DNA of 64,000 nucleotides from an uncultured Acidobacteriota bacterium (GTDB taxonomy: Bacteria; Acidobacteriota; Blastocatellia; RBC074). This document shows positions 51,933 to 63,012 of the stretch, piece by piece. Location of the stretch: the NCBI GenBank assembly GCA_963796275.1, contig CAWCKY010000002.1, positions 352,001-416,000 of the forward strand. Direction: 5' to 3'. Made by a program: the position numbers and the translations under genes. The notes below the pieces were generated by a model. The model did not search any database, had not been told where the DNA came from, and saw only the letters and a program-made list of their open reading frames with translations. Each line of letters begins with the position of its first letter. Within the stretch, counting starts at the first letter, position 1.

Positions 51933-52223
51933 TTATTCGAACAAAGGGCAACGCGCGATCCCGATGTTCCATTTCGTTGGCGCGTCTCCGGCAAATAGGT
52001 GCTTCTGTGCCGGAAGCGGCGCATCTAAGGACTTGACCCACTTCAACAAATCATCGAGCAGTTCATCACGTTTCGCCGTATGTTCATTGACCAGGTTCTT
52101 CCGTTCTCCGCTATCCGCCTCGATGTTGTACAACTCAATCGCATTGCTCGTCGCAATCTTTTGGCGTCCGCCATCACGCTGCCATTCCACGTGATATGGT
52201 TCGTCCCGTGCCATACAAACCAA
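51933..52223 (-). pseudogene. Remnant of a sulfatase C-terminus
   Basis: IELYNIEADSGERKNLVNEH..RDELLDDLLKWVKSLDAPLP matches the ELYNLxxDxGExxNL tail. No catalytic domain upstream. Confidence 0.55.
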
Positions 52224-52250
52224 CTAAATAGAACAAAATACTACACAGAT

Positions 52251-52309
52251 CCTAACTTTCGATAGGTAGTCAGCTTGACATATTTTCCTATAGCCTAACT
52301 TTTGCTAGG
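52251..52309 (+). promoter_or_regulatory. Two CCTA-N8-TAGG palindromes, candidate LuxR-type operators
   Basis: CCTAACTTTCGATAGG (52251-52266) and CCTAACTTTTGCTAGG (52294-52309), 43 bp apart. Confidence 0.55.
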
Positions 52310-52428
52310 CGACGACCTCATCAAGTCCTGCTACGTTACCGCAATCCATTAAATTTTAGTTTTTGATGCGTTTAATCGGGGATCGCCCACAAAGAATCAG
52401 TTCAAACAACTTTTAGAAGGAGAACAAT

Positions 52429-53349
52429 ATGCGGAAATGGCTGGCTACAATATTGGTCATAGGTTCATTCTCGGCCTCACCAGCTTCGGGTCTTGTGCAG
52501 CAGAGCTGTCCTCCCAATCTTTTGGGACCTGGAGACTATACCTTCACCGTGCTGTCCGGGGGTCGTTCTCGAGCTTACGATTTACATGTTCCTAACGGCA
52601 TCAGCAGTTCCAGTCCCCGGCCCCTGGTGATCGATATTCACGGTTTTACCCAGACCAAGGAAGATCAGGCAAGGCGAACCGATTTCAAGGCACTTTCTGA
52701 TACCAATGGTTATCTGGTCGCCTATCCGCAGGGTATCGACAACCAGTGGAATGCTGGCGATGCGATATTTCTCGGTGACCCCACCATTGATGACGTGGCG
52801 TTCATGCGAGCATTGGTTGCGGATGTCGACGGTAAGGTTCGCATCGACCACTCCCGCATCTATGCCACCGGACACTCGAATGGGTCGATGCTCAGCCACC
52901 GAATCGCTTGCGAAGCAGCCGATCTGTTTGCCGGAGTTGCGGGAATGGCTGGCGGTTTGCAATTCAGAAATTTCGGCGACTGCCGTCCATCCCGCCCGAT
53001 CTCGGTTAAGATGTACCATGGACGCTATGACACCATAGTTCCATACAATGGCGGCGGAACTGTCGGGTTCAGGCCAATACGCGATACATTCAATTTCTGG
53101 AGAGCGACCAATCAGTGTTCAGGCTCTCCACAGGTTACCAGAATTGGCCTGAATACATGTGAGACCTATACCAACTGCGCAAATGGAACTCAGGTCTCAC
53201 TCTGCAGTATGGCCGCGATGCACATCAACATTTACGACATCAATTCCTTGAATGTCTCATCAAACGCCGTGTCGTTCTTTCAACGATTCCGCTTGCCCTT
53301 GCCTGATGCGGATGTAGACGGAATTCCCGACATAGACGAATGCAACTAA
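52429..53349 (+). CDS. Secreted PHB depolymerase/LpqC-family esterase
   Basis: Signal peptide; PLVIDIHG, YPQG, WNAG, DDVAF, GHSNG, HGRYD; acidic tail DADVDGIPD. Confidence 0.88.
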   Translation: MRKWLATILVIGSFSASPASGLVQQSCPPNLLGPGDYTFTVLSGGRSRAYDLHVPNGISSSSPRPLVIDIHGFTQTKEDQARRTDFKALSDTNGYLVAYPQGIDNQWNAGDAIFLGDPTIDDVAFMRALVADVDGKVRIDHSRIYATGHSNGSMLSHRIACEAADLFAGVAGMAGGLQFRNFGDCRPSRPISVKMYHGRYDTIVPYNGGGTVGFRPIRDTFNFWRATNQCSGSPQVTRIGLNTCETYTNCANGTQVSLCSMAAMHINIYDINSLNVSSNAVSFFQRFRLPLPDADVDGIPDIDECN

Positions 53350-53361
53350 GCGCCTAAATCA

Positions 53362-53502
53362 ACGGGGCAACGTTGGGGCAGCAGGGAGACAGTTGCGGCG
53401 GCACGAATGATCAGGAGGTTTATCCAGCCGCCGCAATTCCTGAGGGCCTCACGTTGCCCTCTCCCCGTGCCCACCTCCCGTGCCCCACCTCCGGTGCCCC
53501 GT
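53362..53502. repeat. Degenerate GC-rich tandem repeats in inverted arrangement
   Basis: GGGGCA-rich left arm; CC(C/G)GTGCCC-type units in the right arm. Confidence 0.5.
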
Positions 53503-53510
53503 ACCTTTGT

Positions 53511-53802
53511 TCCCTAACCGATCACAATCAAAGTTTAATCCGCAGACCTGACTGGGATTGCGTCAGGCCCGTCAATCTCGCCTTAGCTACCAGAATTTTC
53601 CTCACTTTAAGACTCATTAACCGTGGATATAGCTGAAAGCTTTTTTGATCTTGGCTAAGCCCAGTAAAACGATGATAATCGGAAATCTGGTCGTCGAGCT
53701 GACACAGGTCCGATTTAACGATATGAAGCGTAGACTCTATCGAGAAGAGACCATGCAGCATTGGGAAAAACTTTTTAACCTTTGATTTTTATTTGTTAGG
53801 GA
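53511..53802. mobile_element. Possible 292-bp MITE with 23-bp imperfect TIRs
   Basis: TCCCTAACCGATCACAATCAAAG versus the reverse complement of CTTTGATTTTTATTTGTTAGGGA (19/23 match). Confidence 0.4.
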
Positions 53803-53851
53803 GACTCTACTTCTCAATTGTGCCCCACCATAACCTCAGGAGGTGTGGTAT

Positions 53852-56644
53852 ATGCCGCGTGGCGATACGGAAAGAGGAGGCTCGTTATATAAAGCCGGCA
53901 GCCCCGCTCATCTCGATAGCTCCGCGTCGGACGAGGCTGAAGAGATAACTATTCCCATACTTAGCACTAAACTTTCGATCCCGCCAAAGCGGCCCGACTG
54001 GGTACTTCGCGACCGTCTAATCGAACAACTGGATCAGTCATTGGGGAAGAAATTGGTCCTCGTTTCAGCTCCGGCCGGTTTCGGTAAAACCACGTTGATC
54101 GCCTCGTGGTTACATAGCCTGGGAGAGCGAGAAGAGGACACGCGCGTTGCCTGGTTATCTTTGGAAGAGGATGATAACGACCCCGTCCGTTTTCTCGCTC
54201 ACCTCATCGCTGCCCTGCAGACTCTCGACCAAGGAATTGGGCAGATGGCGAAGCCATTCCTGGAGATGGCACATGTCCCCAGGCTCACTCATCCCATGAC
54301 GCTGCTCATCAACGATCTCGCCGCCATTCAAGGGCAGAGCATTTTGGTCTTCGATGATTATCACGTGATCAATCACGCTGAGTTGCAAACAGCTGTTACA
54401 TTTTTCCTGGATCATTTACCGCCGCACTGCCATCTGATCGTTACGACGCGTGAAGAGCCGCCACTTCCGCTGCCTCGATTGCGGGCGAAATTGGAAGTCC
54501 TGGAGCTCCGTCTCCAGGATTTACGCTTCATCGGAGAGGAGACAGCGATCTTCCTCAACCAAACCATGGGCCTGGCACTGACCGCGGAGGCGGTGCAGAC
54601 GCTCGAAGACCGTACTGAAGGATGGGTTGCAGGCCTGCAAATGGCGGCTCTCTCATTACGCGGGCAGACGGGGCAAACGCAGACACCAGGGCTCAATCAA
54701 ATAACGTGGGACATCGATGCCTTCGGCGGTGGCCACCGCTATGTCATCGACTATCTGGCGGCGGAGGTCCTGCGACAACAGCCGGCGGAGTTTCGCTCCT
54801 TCTTACGCCAGACTGCCATACTCGACCGGTTCAATGCCTCGCTCTGTGGAGCGCTCACCGGCCGGGATGACAGCCGGATGATGCTGGCCCAACTAGAGAA
54901 GGCCAACCTCTTCCTTATCCCACTGGACCATGAGCGCCAATGGTATCGCTATCACCATCTCTTCGCCGATTTCCTCTGCACCGAGTTGACAGAACCGGAA
55001 CAAATAGTTTTGCATCGCCGGGCAAGCAACTGGCATGAGGCACAGGGAATGATTTCGGAAGCGATAAAGCATGCGCTGTCAGCGCATGATCCGATGGAAG
55101 CGGTGCGGTTGATACGGAACAACGGCGAGGAGACGCTTCGCAACGATGGGCTCGCTACCATCAGGGGCTGGATCAATGCGCTTCCGGAGGATATCGTGCG
55201 TGCGCATGGGGATATGTCGGTCCGCAAAGGATGGATTCTTTATCTTCAGGGAGAGTTTGCCGCCGCTGAAACCTATGCCACGCTGGCCACGGAGAAAGAT
55301 CGAGCAGATGATCCGCCGAAACAGCGCGGGATGCTGCTTAACTTCCGCTCCTATCTGGCCATCAATCGGGGTGAGCCGGAGCAAGCGGTGAAATTCGCGC
55401 GAGAAGCGCTGGAACTATTAGATGAGCCGGATTCATTCCACCGCACTCAAGCGCTCAGCCACCTGGGCCAGGCCCAGCGACTCGTGGGCGACCGTCGCGC
55501 TGCCATTCAGACATTGTACCAGGCCATCGCTTTGGGCCGACTGGTAGGCAATCATCTGGTAACCCTTGAGGCCCTGGCCCACCTGACAACGCTTCTCTAT
55601 CAGCAAGGGCGATTGAGCGAGGCGATATCGGTGTGCGAGCAAACCCGAATCCGGTATTCGGATGCGCGCGACAATCCGCTCCCGATGGCTGGCCTGGTCT
55701 ATATCTCGCTGGGATTTCTATATTACGAGACCAATGATCTGAAGCGCGCCTATCATCATTTGAGGACCGGCATCGACCTTTGTCAGCAGATGGGAATTAT
55801 CTATCCTGCACTGTTGGGGCAACGCACGCTCGCACGGCTGCATTACGCGCGCGATGAGACCGACGCAATGTGGGAGACACTGATCGCCGCTCGCCATTTA
55901 GCGGCGAGGGCTGCCAATGTGCGACGCACTCGCCTGGTCAGCGTCGTGACGGCAGAGCTCCAACTACGGCAGGGCCAGACTGCCGCCGCCGCCCTCACTC
56001 TGGCCGATCTGCCGGTCAACGCCGAAGATCGCTCCGAACAGGAAAATATGGCTTTCGTCCGCTTGCTGCTCGCGCAAGGGCAAGTGAGCGCAGCACAGGA
56101 ATGGCTTCGGCAGTTCGAACAAGTCGCGGTGCAACAGGGCCGCCGTGGATGCCTCATCACCATCCATCTGTTGCAAGCGCTTGCCCATCAGGCACTCGAT
56201 AACTCTACCGCAGCGCTCGAACGTCTGGAAGAGGCGATCCGTCTGGCCGCGCCCGAAGGCTATCGCCGTATCTTTCTCGATGAAGATCCATCCATCGCTG
56301 CATTGCTCCGAACGCGGCAGGACCTGGCCCCCGAATTCGTCGCCGGTCTCCTGGAAGCTTTTCCAAAGTGCCCTGCCCCCCAGGCTGATGATAATTCGGC
56401 GGCGACAGCGCTGGAGCCCAAACCGAATCGAGGGAAGCAGCAACCGCTGATCGAACCGCTGGGCGAGACGCAATTGATGATCCTGCGCCTGGTCGCCGAT
56501 GGATTGTCGAATCGCAACATTGCGGCAAAACTCGAGATAACCGAGGGCACCACCAAGTGGCACCTCAACCAGATTTACGGCAAGCTGAATGTCAGTAGCC
56601 GTACGCAAGCCGTAGCTCAGGCGCGCCGCCTCAAACTGCTTTAG
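53852..56644 (+). CDS. MalT-like STAND ATPase-TPR-LuxR transcriptional regulator
   Basis: STKL..P, APAGFGKTT, FDDYH, TEGWVAGLQ, YRYHHLF; C-terminal LuxR HTH; RBS AGGAGG. Confidence 0.92.
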   Translation: MPRGDTERGGSLYKAGSPAHLDSSASDEAEEITIPILSTKLSIPPKRPDWVLRDRLIEQLDQSLGKKLVLVSAPAGFGKTTLIASWLHSLGEREEDTRVAWLSLEEDDNDPVRFLAHLIAALQTLDQGIGQMAKPFLEMAHVPRLTHPMTLLINDLAAIQGQSILVFDDYHVINHAELQTAVTFFLDHLPPHCHLIVTTREEPPLPLPRLRAKLEVLELRLQDLRFIGEETAIFLNQTMGLALTAEAVQTLEDRTEGWVAGLQMAALSLRGQTGQTQTPGLNQITWDIDAFGGGHRYVIDYLAAEVLRQQPAEFRSFLRQTAILDRFNASLCGALTGRDDSRMMLAQLEKANLFLIPLDHERQWYRYHHLFADFLCTELTEPEQIVLHRRASNWHEAQGMISEAIKHALSAHDPMEAVRLIRNNGEETLRNDGLATIRGWINALPEDIVRAHGDMSVRKGWILYLQGEFAAAETYATLATEKDRADDPPKQRGMLLNFRSYLAINRGEPEQAVKFAREALELLDEPDSFHRTQALSHLGQAQRLVGDRRAAIQTLYQAIALGRLVGNHLVTLEALAHLTTLLYQQGRLSEAISVCEQTRIRYSDARDNPLPMAGLVYISLGFLYYETNDLKRAYHHLRTGIDLCQQMGIIYPALLGQRTLARLHYARDETDAMWETLIAARHLAARAANVRRTRLVSVVTAELQLRQGQTAAAALTLADLPVNAEDRSEQENMAFVRLLLAQGQVSAAQEWLRQFEQVAVQQGRRGCLITIHLLQALAHQALDNSTAALERLEEAIRLAAPEGYRRIFLDEDPSIAALLRTRQDLAPEFVAGLLEAFPKCPAPQADDNSAATALEPKPNRGKQQPLIEPLGETQLMILRLVADGLSNRNIAAKLEITEGTTKWHLNQIYGKLNVSSRTQAVAQARRLKLL

Positions 56645-56776
56645 CTGGAAAAGGAGCGAAGCAAAATCGTAGGGAGTGGAAGAAAGGTTCCGCGCTATAC
56701 CGAATGAGCACCTCATGCATATAGGGAAATTTGATGGCTAAGGGATACGAAGATAAAAACCCTTGGTTTAATTGAT

Positions 56777-56844
56777 CGGGCAGCGGGACAGCGGGACAGC
56801 GGGACAGCGTTGCCTTTGCCCCGCTGCCCCGTTGCCCCGCGCCC
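56777..56844. repeat. 8-bp tandem repeats followed by near-complementary repeats (hairpin)
   Basis: (CGGGACAG)3 then (YTGCCCCG)3, between convergent genes. Confidence 0.7.
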
Positions 56845-56985
56845 AAAGAACGAAACTTCTGATAGCTGCAATAATCGATCATTTGCAGCAGGATTGGGCT
56901 TTCAGGATTGGATTTAACTGCGGCTCTCAAACCGCAAACTGCAAATTAAACCCAATATCCGATAAACCACGGTTAATCCCTATTT

Positions 56986-58302
56986 TTACAACATCTCCAA
57001 TCCGCGCATCGCGCCGGTGCTGGTGGCGAACTTGTCCTCTTCGATGCCGAAGCGTTGCAGCACGTTGACGAAAAGGTTCGGCAGCGGGTAGTTGCGTTCG
57101 CGGTCGAACGCGAGGTGTTGGCCGTGTCTGAAACCGCCGCCGGCGAAGAGGGCGGGCAGGTTCGTGGTTACGTGCGCATTCGCGTCGCCGAGGTTCGTAC
57201 CGTAAAGCACCATCGTGCGGTCGAACAGCGTGTCGGCGCCTTCACGACGGGACTTAAGTTCGGCAAAGAGATGATCGAGCAGCTTCATATGCGCCCGATC
57301 GATCGTTTCAAGCTGTCGCAGTTTTTCCGCCGATTTTCCGTGGTGCGAGAGGGCATGGTAACCGTCCGTTGTATTCTCGCCCTCGAGCTTGAGGGCGGGT
57401 GAATTGACGCTGTCGAGCAGCAACGCGATGAGCCGCGTGGAATCGGTTTCGAACGCGAGCCGCGCCATGTCGTACATGAGCCTGACCCGTTCGAAGTAAT
57501 CTTGCGCATTCGCTGAATCCACCGGGGGTTTCTCGCTGACGACGGGCTTCGGCTTGCGCTCCCATTCTTGGGCCTGGCCGAGATTCTGTTCGAGGTCACG
57601 CACGCCTGTCAGATACTGGTCGAGCCGCTCCCGGTCGCGCGGGCCAAGGTCGCGCTGCAAGCGGCGAGTCTGATCGGCCACAGTATCCATCACGCTCTGC
57701 CCGAGCGCGAGGCGGCGCATCTGTGCTTCCACCTCCTCCGGTGAACCGCTCAGAAACAGACGCTTGAAGACCTCCGATGGTTTCTCCTCGGGCGGAATCA
57801 GCACACCACCGCGAGTCCACGAAAGGCTGCGTTGGCCCTGCTGAACGTTGACGCCAAGGGTGAGCGACGGGAATCTCGTGAGATGCCCGATTCGTTCGGC
57901 GACGAGTTGATCGAGCGAGATCGTGTTGCGAAAGCCGCCGCTACCGGGATGCGGTGCAGCGGTCAGGAAACAATTGTCCGCCGGGTGGCCGCCATCCACG
58001 TCGGGATGCCAGACGCCACTGAAGACCGTGAATTCCTCGCGGTGCGCGCTCAGCAATTCCAGGTAAGGCGAAAGCTGATAGCCTCGGCCGATCTGGTCAG
58101 GCGCAGGGAAAAACTTCGCCGGCAAAACTCCGAGGTTGTTGCAGATGGCGAAGAACCGGCGCGGCACCGCATTATTTGCAGCGGCGCGCGCGAAGGCCGG
58201 AAGCATTGCGTCCAACAGCGGCAGCCCAAGGGCGACGCCCGCCCCGCGCAGAAACCTACGTCGTGAGATGGAGTGTTGTGTCGAAATTTGAACGGTCTTC
58301 AT
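56986..58302 (-). CDS. DUF1552 domain protein
   Basis: [49 protein letters not shown]. Confidence 0.9.
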   Translation of the reverse strand: MKTVQISTQHSISRRRFLRGAGVALGLPLLDAMLPAFARAAANNAVPRRFFAICNNLGVLPAKFFPAPDQIGRGYQLSPYLELLSAHREEFTVFSGVWHPDVDGGHPADNCFLTAAPHPGSGGFRNTISLDQLVAERIGHLTRFPSLTLGVNVQQGQRSLSWTRGGVLIPPEEKPSEVFKRLFLSGSPEEVEAQMRRLALGQSVMDTVADQTRRLQRDLGPRDRERLDQYLTGVRDLEQNLGQAQEWERKPKPVVSEKPPVDSANAQDYFERVRLMYDMARLAFETDSTRLIALLLDSVNSPALKLEGENTTDGYHALSHHGKSAEKLRQLETIDRAHMKLLDHLFAELKSRREGADTLFDRTMVLYGTNLGDANAHVTTNLPALFAGGGFRHGQHLAFDRERNYPLPNLFVNVLQRFGIEEDKFATSTGAMRGLEML

Positions 58303-58322
58303 TCGGATGGTCCTCGATAAAG

Positions 58323-61010
58323 TTATTTGTTGCGAAAGATATCGCTTTCGATGATGGATTGAATTAGCGATCTCGCGCCGTAGCCCCTGCCTGCGGCGCG
58401 ATCCAGAATAGCTTCGACCTTAGGGCGGTCACCGAACCGCACGGGAGCCCCCGTGGCGAAGACGATGAGTTGCCCTACCAAGTTACGCGCAATTTGTCGC
58501 TCGTCCTGCAAAAGCAAGCGTTTTAACGCGCGCACATCCTGAAACCGGCCTCCATCAGGCAATATGCCCGAGGCGTCCACCGGTTGCGCGTAATGAAACG
58601 CGAAGCGCTGGCCGTTCTTACCGATGCCGGGAGCTTTTTCGCCCTCGCCCAGCGCGCGGTATCGATCGCGCCAGGCGCCAAATACGTCGAAACTTTCGAG
58701 TGCAAATCCAGGCGGATCGATCTTCGCGTGGCATACATTGCATGATGGATTATTGCGATGTTTGTCGAGCTGCGCGCGGATCGTCGTCGCGCCCCGCGTG
58801 TCCGGTTCTACGGCGGGAACACCGGCCGGCGGCGGTGGCACAGGTTTGCCGAGAATTCGTTCCGTAATCCAAACGCCCCGCAGCACAGGCGAGGTCGTCG
58901 TGCCGTTCGCGGTCACTTTGAGCACGCTGGCCTGAGTGAGCAGCCCGCCTCGCACGGAATCCGGCGGCAAAACAACGCGACGAATCGCTGAACCCTCGAT
59001 GCCCGGCAACCCGTAGTGCGCCGCCAACCGTTCGTTGATCATCACAAAATCCGAAGCCACGAAGTTGCGCGCCGGCAGGTCGCCGCGCACAATTTCGGCG
59101 AAGAATCCTTGCGTCTCGACCCTGGCCGATTCTGTGAGGAAATCATCCAGGTAGTAATCGGAATAGAGCACCTCATCCGGCGACGTATTATTGATCTTAC
59201 GCAGGTCGAGCCAGTAATCGAGAAAGGCTTCTATAAACCGCTGAGATTTGTCGTCGCCTAGCATGCGTTCCATCTGCGCGCGCAGCACTGCGGTTTTGTG
59301 CAGTGCACCCCGCCTGGCCATTTCGCGCAAGGTAGCGTCCGGCTCCGAGTTCCAGAGAAAGTAAGCCAGGCGGGAAGCCAGCGCGTGATCGTCCAGCTTT
59401 CCCGGCTTCTCCTCCAGCGTGACAAACGTTGGCGAACATAGCACGGCGGAATAGGCCGTGATCATCGCATCGGCAAAACCGACGCCGCTCTTCAATGCCG
59501 TGTCTGCGAGCTTGGTGAACGGCCGCACATCCGCTTCAACTACCGGGCGGCGATACGCGCGTTGCAAAAAGCCGCGAAGCAATCGCTCGGCGTCGGCGCG
59601 CGGGTTTTGTGAAACAACCTCGACTTCGCCCCCTACCTTGCCCCCTGTATTGACGGTAGCGCCCCGTGTGCCCCGTGTGCCCCGTGTGCCCCGTGCGTCA
59701 CCTCTTTCTTTGCCCCCGGCCCTTTCGCTCATCTTGATCGGCAGGTCGCCGAACATCAACCGGTGCCCCTTGCCGGGCCATTCGTCACAGATCGGTCCTT
59801 CGACTTCCAGCCAACGGAAAGCGACGCCGGGCTGGCCATCCTTCTGCGCCAGCGGGTTGCGCCAGTTGGGGGGTCGCGAGCGGAACAGGCGCGCCGCATC
59901 GGGACGGATGGTTTCATCCTTAAGCAAATAGACCTCCATCTCGTTGACGGATGCTTCGGGCTTCACATCGAAGCTGCCCAGGTAACGCATCTGTCGAGGC
60001 GGAATCTCGGCATAAATCGTCACCGGTTCGCGCGTGCGCCCGGCAGACAGGTTATCGCGGCTCGGCTTCCACCATCGCGCTTCGCTCTCCGGCCCGGCCC
60101 AGAACGAATGCGCGCTGACGCGCAATTTGTATCGGCCCGAAGCGGGCGCCTTGAATTGGTTGAACCTGATCTCCAGTGGCTCATAAGTGCTCGCCACGAC
60201 GCCCATGCTCTCCAGTTCGCGCTTCGCCGGGTCAGCGGCGCCGACTGTCATCGGCGCTTCGCGCTTCAACACCGCCAAATCGGCGGCATCGCCGAGAAGC
60301 GGAAAAGTGGCGCGTTCGGAAGCGCGGTTGAATTGAGAAAATTCCACCTTCCTGAAAAATGCGGGCTGCTCGCGCGCATAGAAGCGCTTCACCGCGACCG
60401 CGGGCCGCTTTGTATCGTGCTCCAACACCTCGCGCAGGGCATATTCCGCGGCCGCCAGGTAGCGGCTCATCTGCACGTGCGACACGCCGAGCGCCTCACC
60501 TACCTTGTTGAAGCGAAACGCCTCGCCGTCTTCGGGCAGCAATTCCTTCACCTGCAGCCAGGGCGCGCCGAGCAAATCGCGCAGCGTGTTCTCATATTCA
60601 TAGCGGTTCATTCGCCGCCACGCCGCCCGCCCCTCTCGCCGCACACGTGCGTCATCCGCTTCTATCATCGGCCGCGCGAGATCCTTGAGGAAAGCGGCGC
60701 GCGTCGCTTCATCCGGCTGGGCCATCTTTCCCGGCGGCATCTCTCCGGCGAGCACGCGGTCGTGCACTTTCACCCAGGTTGTAAATGCCTGGTCATCCGC
60801 CATATCAAATTTGAGCGCCGTCAGGTTCAGGCCGCCCTTCTTCATGCGGCTGTCGTGGCACATGTAACAGTGCGCTTCCAGAAAATCGCGCACAGCTTTT
60901 GCGTTGCTCGGCCCTCGCGCAGCACCCGCGTTTCGCGATTGCGGGCTCACAACCAGCCAGGTGCCGAGAACTAAGGCAATAATAGCGATGAATTTGATTC
61001 GTTTAGTCAT
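58323..61010 (-). CDS. DUF1592/DUF1588 planctomycete-type cytochrome c protein
   Basis: [49 protein letters not shown]. Confidence 0.9.
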   Translation of the reverse strand: MTKRIKFIAIIALVLGTWLVVSPQSRNAGAARGPSNAKAVRDFLEAHCYMCHDSRMKKGGLNLTALKFDMADDQAFTTWVKVHDRVLAGEMPPGKMAQPDEATRAAFLKDLARPMIEADDARVRREGRAAWRRMNRYEYENTLRDLLGAPWLQVKELLPEDGEAFRFNKVGEALGVSHVQMSRYLAAAEYALREVLEHDTKRPAVAVKRFYAREQPAFFRKVEFSQFNRASERATFPLLGDAADLAVLKREAPMTVGAADPAKRELESMGVVASTYEPLEIRFNQFKAPASGRYKLRVSAHSFWAGPESEARWWKPSRDNLSAGRTREPVTIYAEIPPRQMRYLGSFDVKPEASVNEMEVYLLKDETIRPDAARLFRSRPPNWRNPLAQKDGQPGVAFRWLEVEGPICDEWPGKGHRLMFGDLPIKMSERAGGKERGDARGTRGTRGTRGATVNTGGKVGGEVEVVSQNPRADAERLLRGFLQRAYRRPVVEADVRPFTKLADTALKSGVGFADAMITAYSAVLCSPTFVTLEEKPGKLDDHALASRLAYFLWNSEPDATLREMARRGALHKTAVLRAQMERMLGDDKSQRFIEAFLDYWLDLRKINNTSPDEVLYSDYYLDDFLTESARVETQGFFAEIVRGDLPARNFVASDFVMINERLAAHYGLPGIEGSAIRRVVLPPDSVRGGLLTQASVLKVTANGTTTSPVLRGVWITERILGKPVPPPPAGVPAVEPDTRGATTIRAQLDKHRNNPSCNVCHAKIDPPGFALESFDVFGAWRDRYRALGEGEKAPGIGKNGQRFAFHYAQPVDASGILPDGGRFQDVRALKRLLLQDERQIARNLVGQLIVFATGAPVRFGDRPKVEAILDRAAGRGYGARSLIQSIIESDIFRNK

Positions 61011-61364
61011 GCGTAGCTTTCAGATGAACAAGAATAGATTCATCCAAATTCGCAAAGGTCAAAAACACAGAAGGAGATAGTTTTTGTGATTTTTTATTTC
61101 GCAAATCTGGTGGCGAATCCCGTCCTTCTTTGCCTACTTATACAGTGATTACCGCTGTTAATAGCCGGTTGTGTTCTTAAAATCTTCTCGCCGGAAGCGA
61201 TAGTATAGAGATTAAAAGCCGTCTGCGTTCCCGCTTTGATTATTTTTGTATATAGTATTGTCCAATTGTCCGGTTTTCTCCAAATCTTTCAATACTAGTT
61301 CGGCGCTTTTCGTCAATCGAATTGAGGCGAGACATTCTTTAATTTATTGGAGAGGTATTTTGTA

Positions 61365-62483
61365 ATGTTAGGACGCAGAGAGTTTCTTGGATTTATGACT
61401 GCGTTGGCCGCCGCAGGTGATCGTCAAAATCGTACATCAGTAGTACGTCGAACGGTCCTCGCTATTCAAGGCGACCGCTTCTTCATAAACGGCAGTCCGA
61501 CCTACGAAGGTCGCTCATATAATGGGATGAATATCGAGGGGCTGCTCATGAATTCACGGATGGTTCAGGGCATCTTCGACGACCTGAACCCGGAAACCAG
61601 ATCGCGTTGGAGTTATCCCGATACAGAGAAGTGGGACCCTGAACGCAATACCGACGAATTTATCGACGCGATGCCGGAATGGCGCAGGCACGGACTTTTG
61701 GGCTTCACCATAAATTTTCAGGGCGGCAGCCCTCAGGGCTATTCGCAGGACCAGCCCTGGCATAACAGCGCCTTCGATGCCGATGGACTTCTGCGAAGCG
61801 ACTATATGTCACGAATGGAACGCATCCTCAACAAAGCCAACGAGCTCGGAATGGTCGCAATCGTCGGATACTTCTACTTCGGCCAGGATCAACGATTTCG
61901 CAATGAAGAAGCGGTCAGACGCGCCGTCCTAGAGGCGACCAAATGGCTTTTGGAAAAAGGTTACCAAAATATTTTGGTTGAGATAGCAAACGAATGCGAC
62001 AACAGTAAATACGACCAGCCGATCATAAAAAAAGATCGCATCCATGAATTGCTCAAACTGACAAGATCGCTCACAGACAACGGAAAGCGGAGCGGGCGGC
62101 GATTGTTCGCCGGCGTGAGCTTTAATGGCGGCAGCATTCCTTCGAGCAACGCCGTCACCGCATCCGATTTTCTGCTGTTGCACGGCAACGGGGTGAAAGA
62201 CCCCGATCGCATCGCGCAGATGGTCAAAGAGACTCGCCGCGTTCCCGGATATCGCAAGATGCCCATCCTTTTCAACGAAGACGACCATTTCGATTTCGAC
62301 AAACCGGTCAACCATATGCTCAAAGCGATCGGCGCATACGCCTCGTGGGGGTATTTCGATCCGGGCCAAGGCGATTACATCGACGGTTATCAATGCCCGC
62401 CCGTGAACTGGCGGATCAATACTGAACGCAAGAAGGCCTTCTTCAATCTGCTCAAGCAAGTGACGGGATCGGACCGCCCATAA
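61365..62483 (+). CDS. Hypothetical exported protein, possibly a clan GH-A glycoside hydrolase
   Basis: RREFL leader; EIANE (acid/base-like), HGN, PILFNED (nucleophile-like), SWGY. Confidence 0.6.
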   Translation: MLGRREFLGFMTALAAAGDRQNRTSVVRRTVLAIQGDRFFINGSPTYEGRSYNGMNIEGLLMNSRMVQGIFDDLNPETRSRWSYPDTEKWDPERNTDEFIDAMPEWRRHGLLGFTINFQGGSPQGYSQDQPWHNSAFDADGLLRSDYMSRMERILNKANELGMVAIVGYFYFGQDQRFRNEEAVRRAVLEATKWLLEKGYQNILVEIANECDNSKYDQPIIKKDRIHELLKLTRSLTDNGKRSGRRLFAGVSFNGGSIPSSNAVTASDFLLLHGNGVKDPDRIAQMVKETRRVPGYRKMPILFNEDDHFDFDKPVNHMLKAIGAYASWGYFDPGQGDYIDGYQCPPVNWRINTERKKAFFNLLKQVTGSDRP

Positions 62484-62590
62484 GGACCCCCTCATATGCC
62501 GGCGATCAGTCGGGGCGGACAAAGAGGCGAATCGCGATCGCCGGTCGAGCGGTGACGGCCAACCCCCTTAAGACAATTCTCCGCCTCGTG

Positions 62591-62642
62591 TTGACATCCG
62601 ACAAAGCGTCAAATAACATCTGCGTTGTCGATCGTCGAGGGG
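62591..62642 (+). promoter_or_regulatory. Sigma70 promoter and candidate PadR operator
   Basis: TTGACA-N17-TAACAT followed by TTGTCGATCGTCGAGGGG (TCGA-N3-TCGA palindrome). Confidence 0.5.
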
Positions 62643-62679
62643 ACATCTGTAGTTAAAGAAGGGAAATGAGAGAAGGAAT

Positions 62680-63012
62680 ATGAAAAAGACACAGACCGAT
62701 TTGTTACAGGGAACGCTTGACCTGCTGGTGCTCAAAACGCTTCAGTCCGGCCCGACACATGGCTGGGATATCGCACAGCGCATTCAGCAGGTTTCGCAGG
62801 ATGTATTGCGTGTGGGCCAGGGGTCATTGTATCCGGCTCTGCACCGGCTGGAGGCGCAGGGCTGGATCGCCTCCGAATGGGGGGCATCGGAGAACAACCG
62901 GAAGGCGAAATACTACAAACTGACGGCTACCGGCCGGAAAAAATTGCTGGCGGAGACCGAGACGTGGAAACGATTTACGGGGGCGGTGGAACTGATTCTG
63001 AAAACGTCCTGA
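62680..63012 (+). CDS. PadR family transcriptional regulator (acidobacterial type)
   Basis: LLQGTLDLLVLK, HGWDIA, GSLYPALHRLE, SENNRKAKYY. Confidence 0.93.
   Translation: MKKTQTDLLQGTLDLLVLKTLQSGPTHGWDIAQRIQQVSQDVLRVGQGSLYPALHRLEAQGWIASEWGASENNRKAKYYKLTATGRKKLLAETETWKRFTGAVELILKTS

Noticed and set aside
59763-60974. Long antisense ORFs (also 40299-41135, 49559-50581, 47746-48567)
   Set aside because: These are shadow frames of GC-rich genes and have no recognisable motifs.
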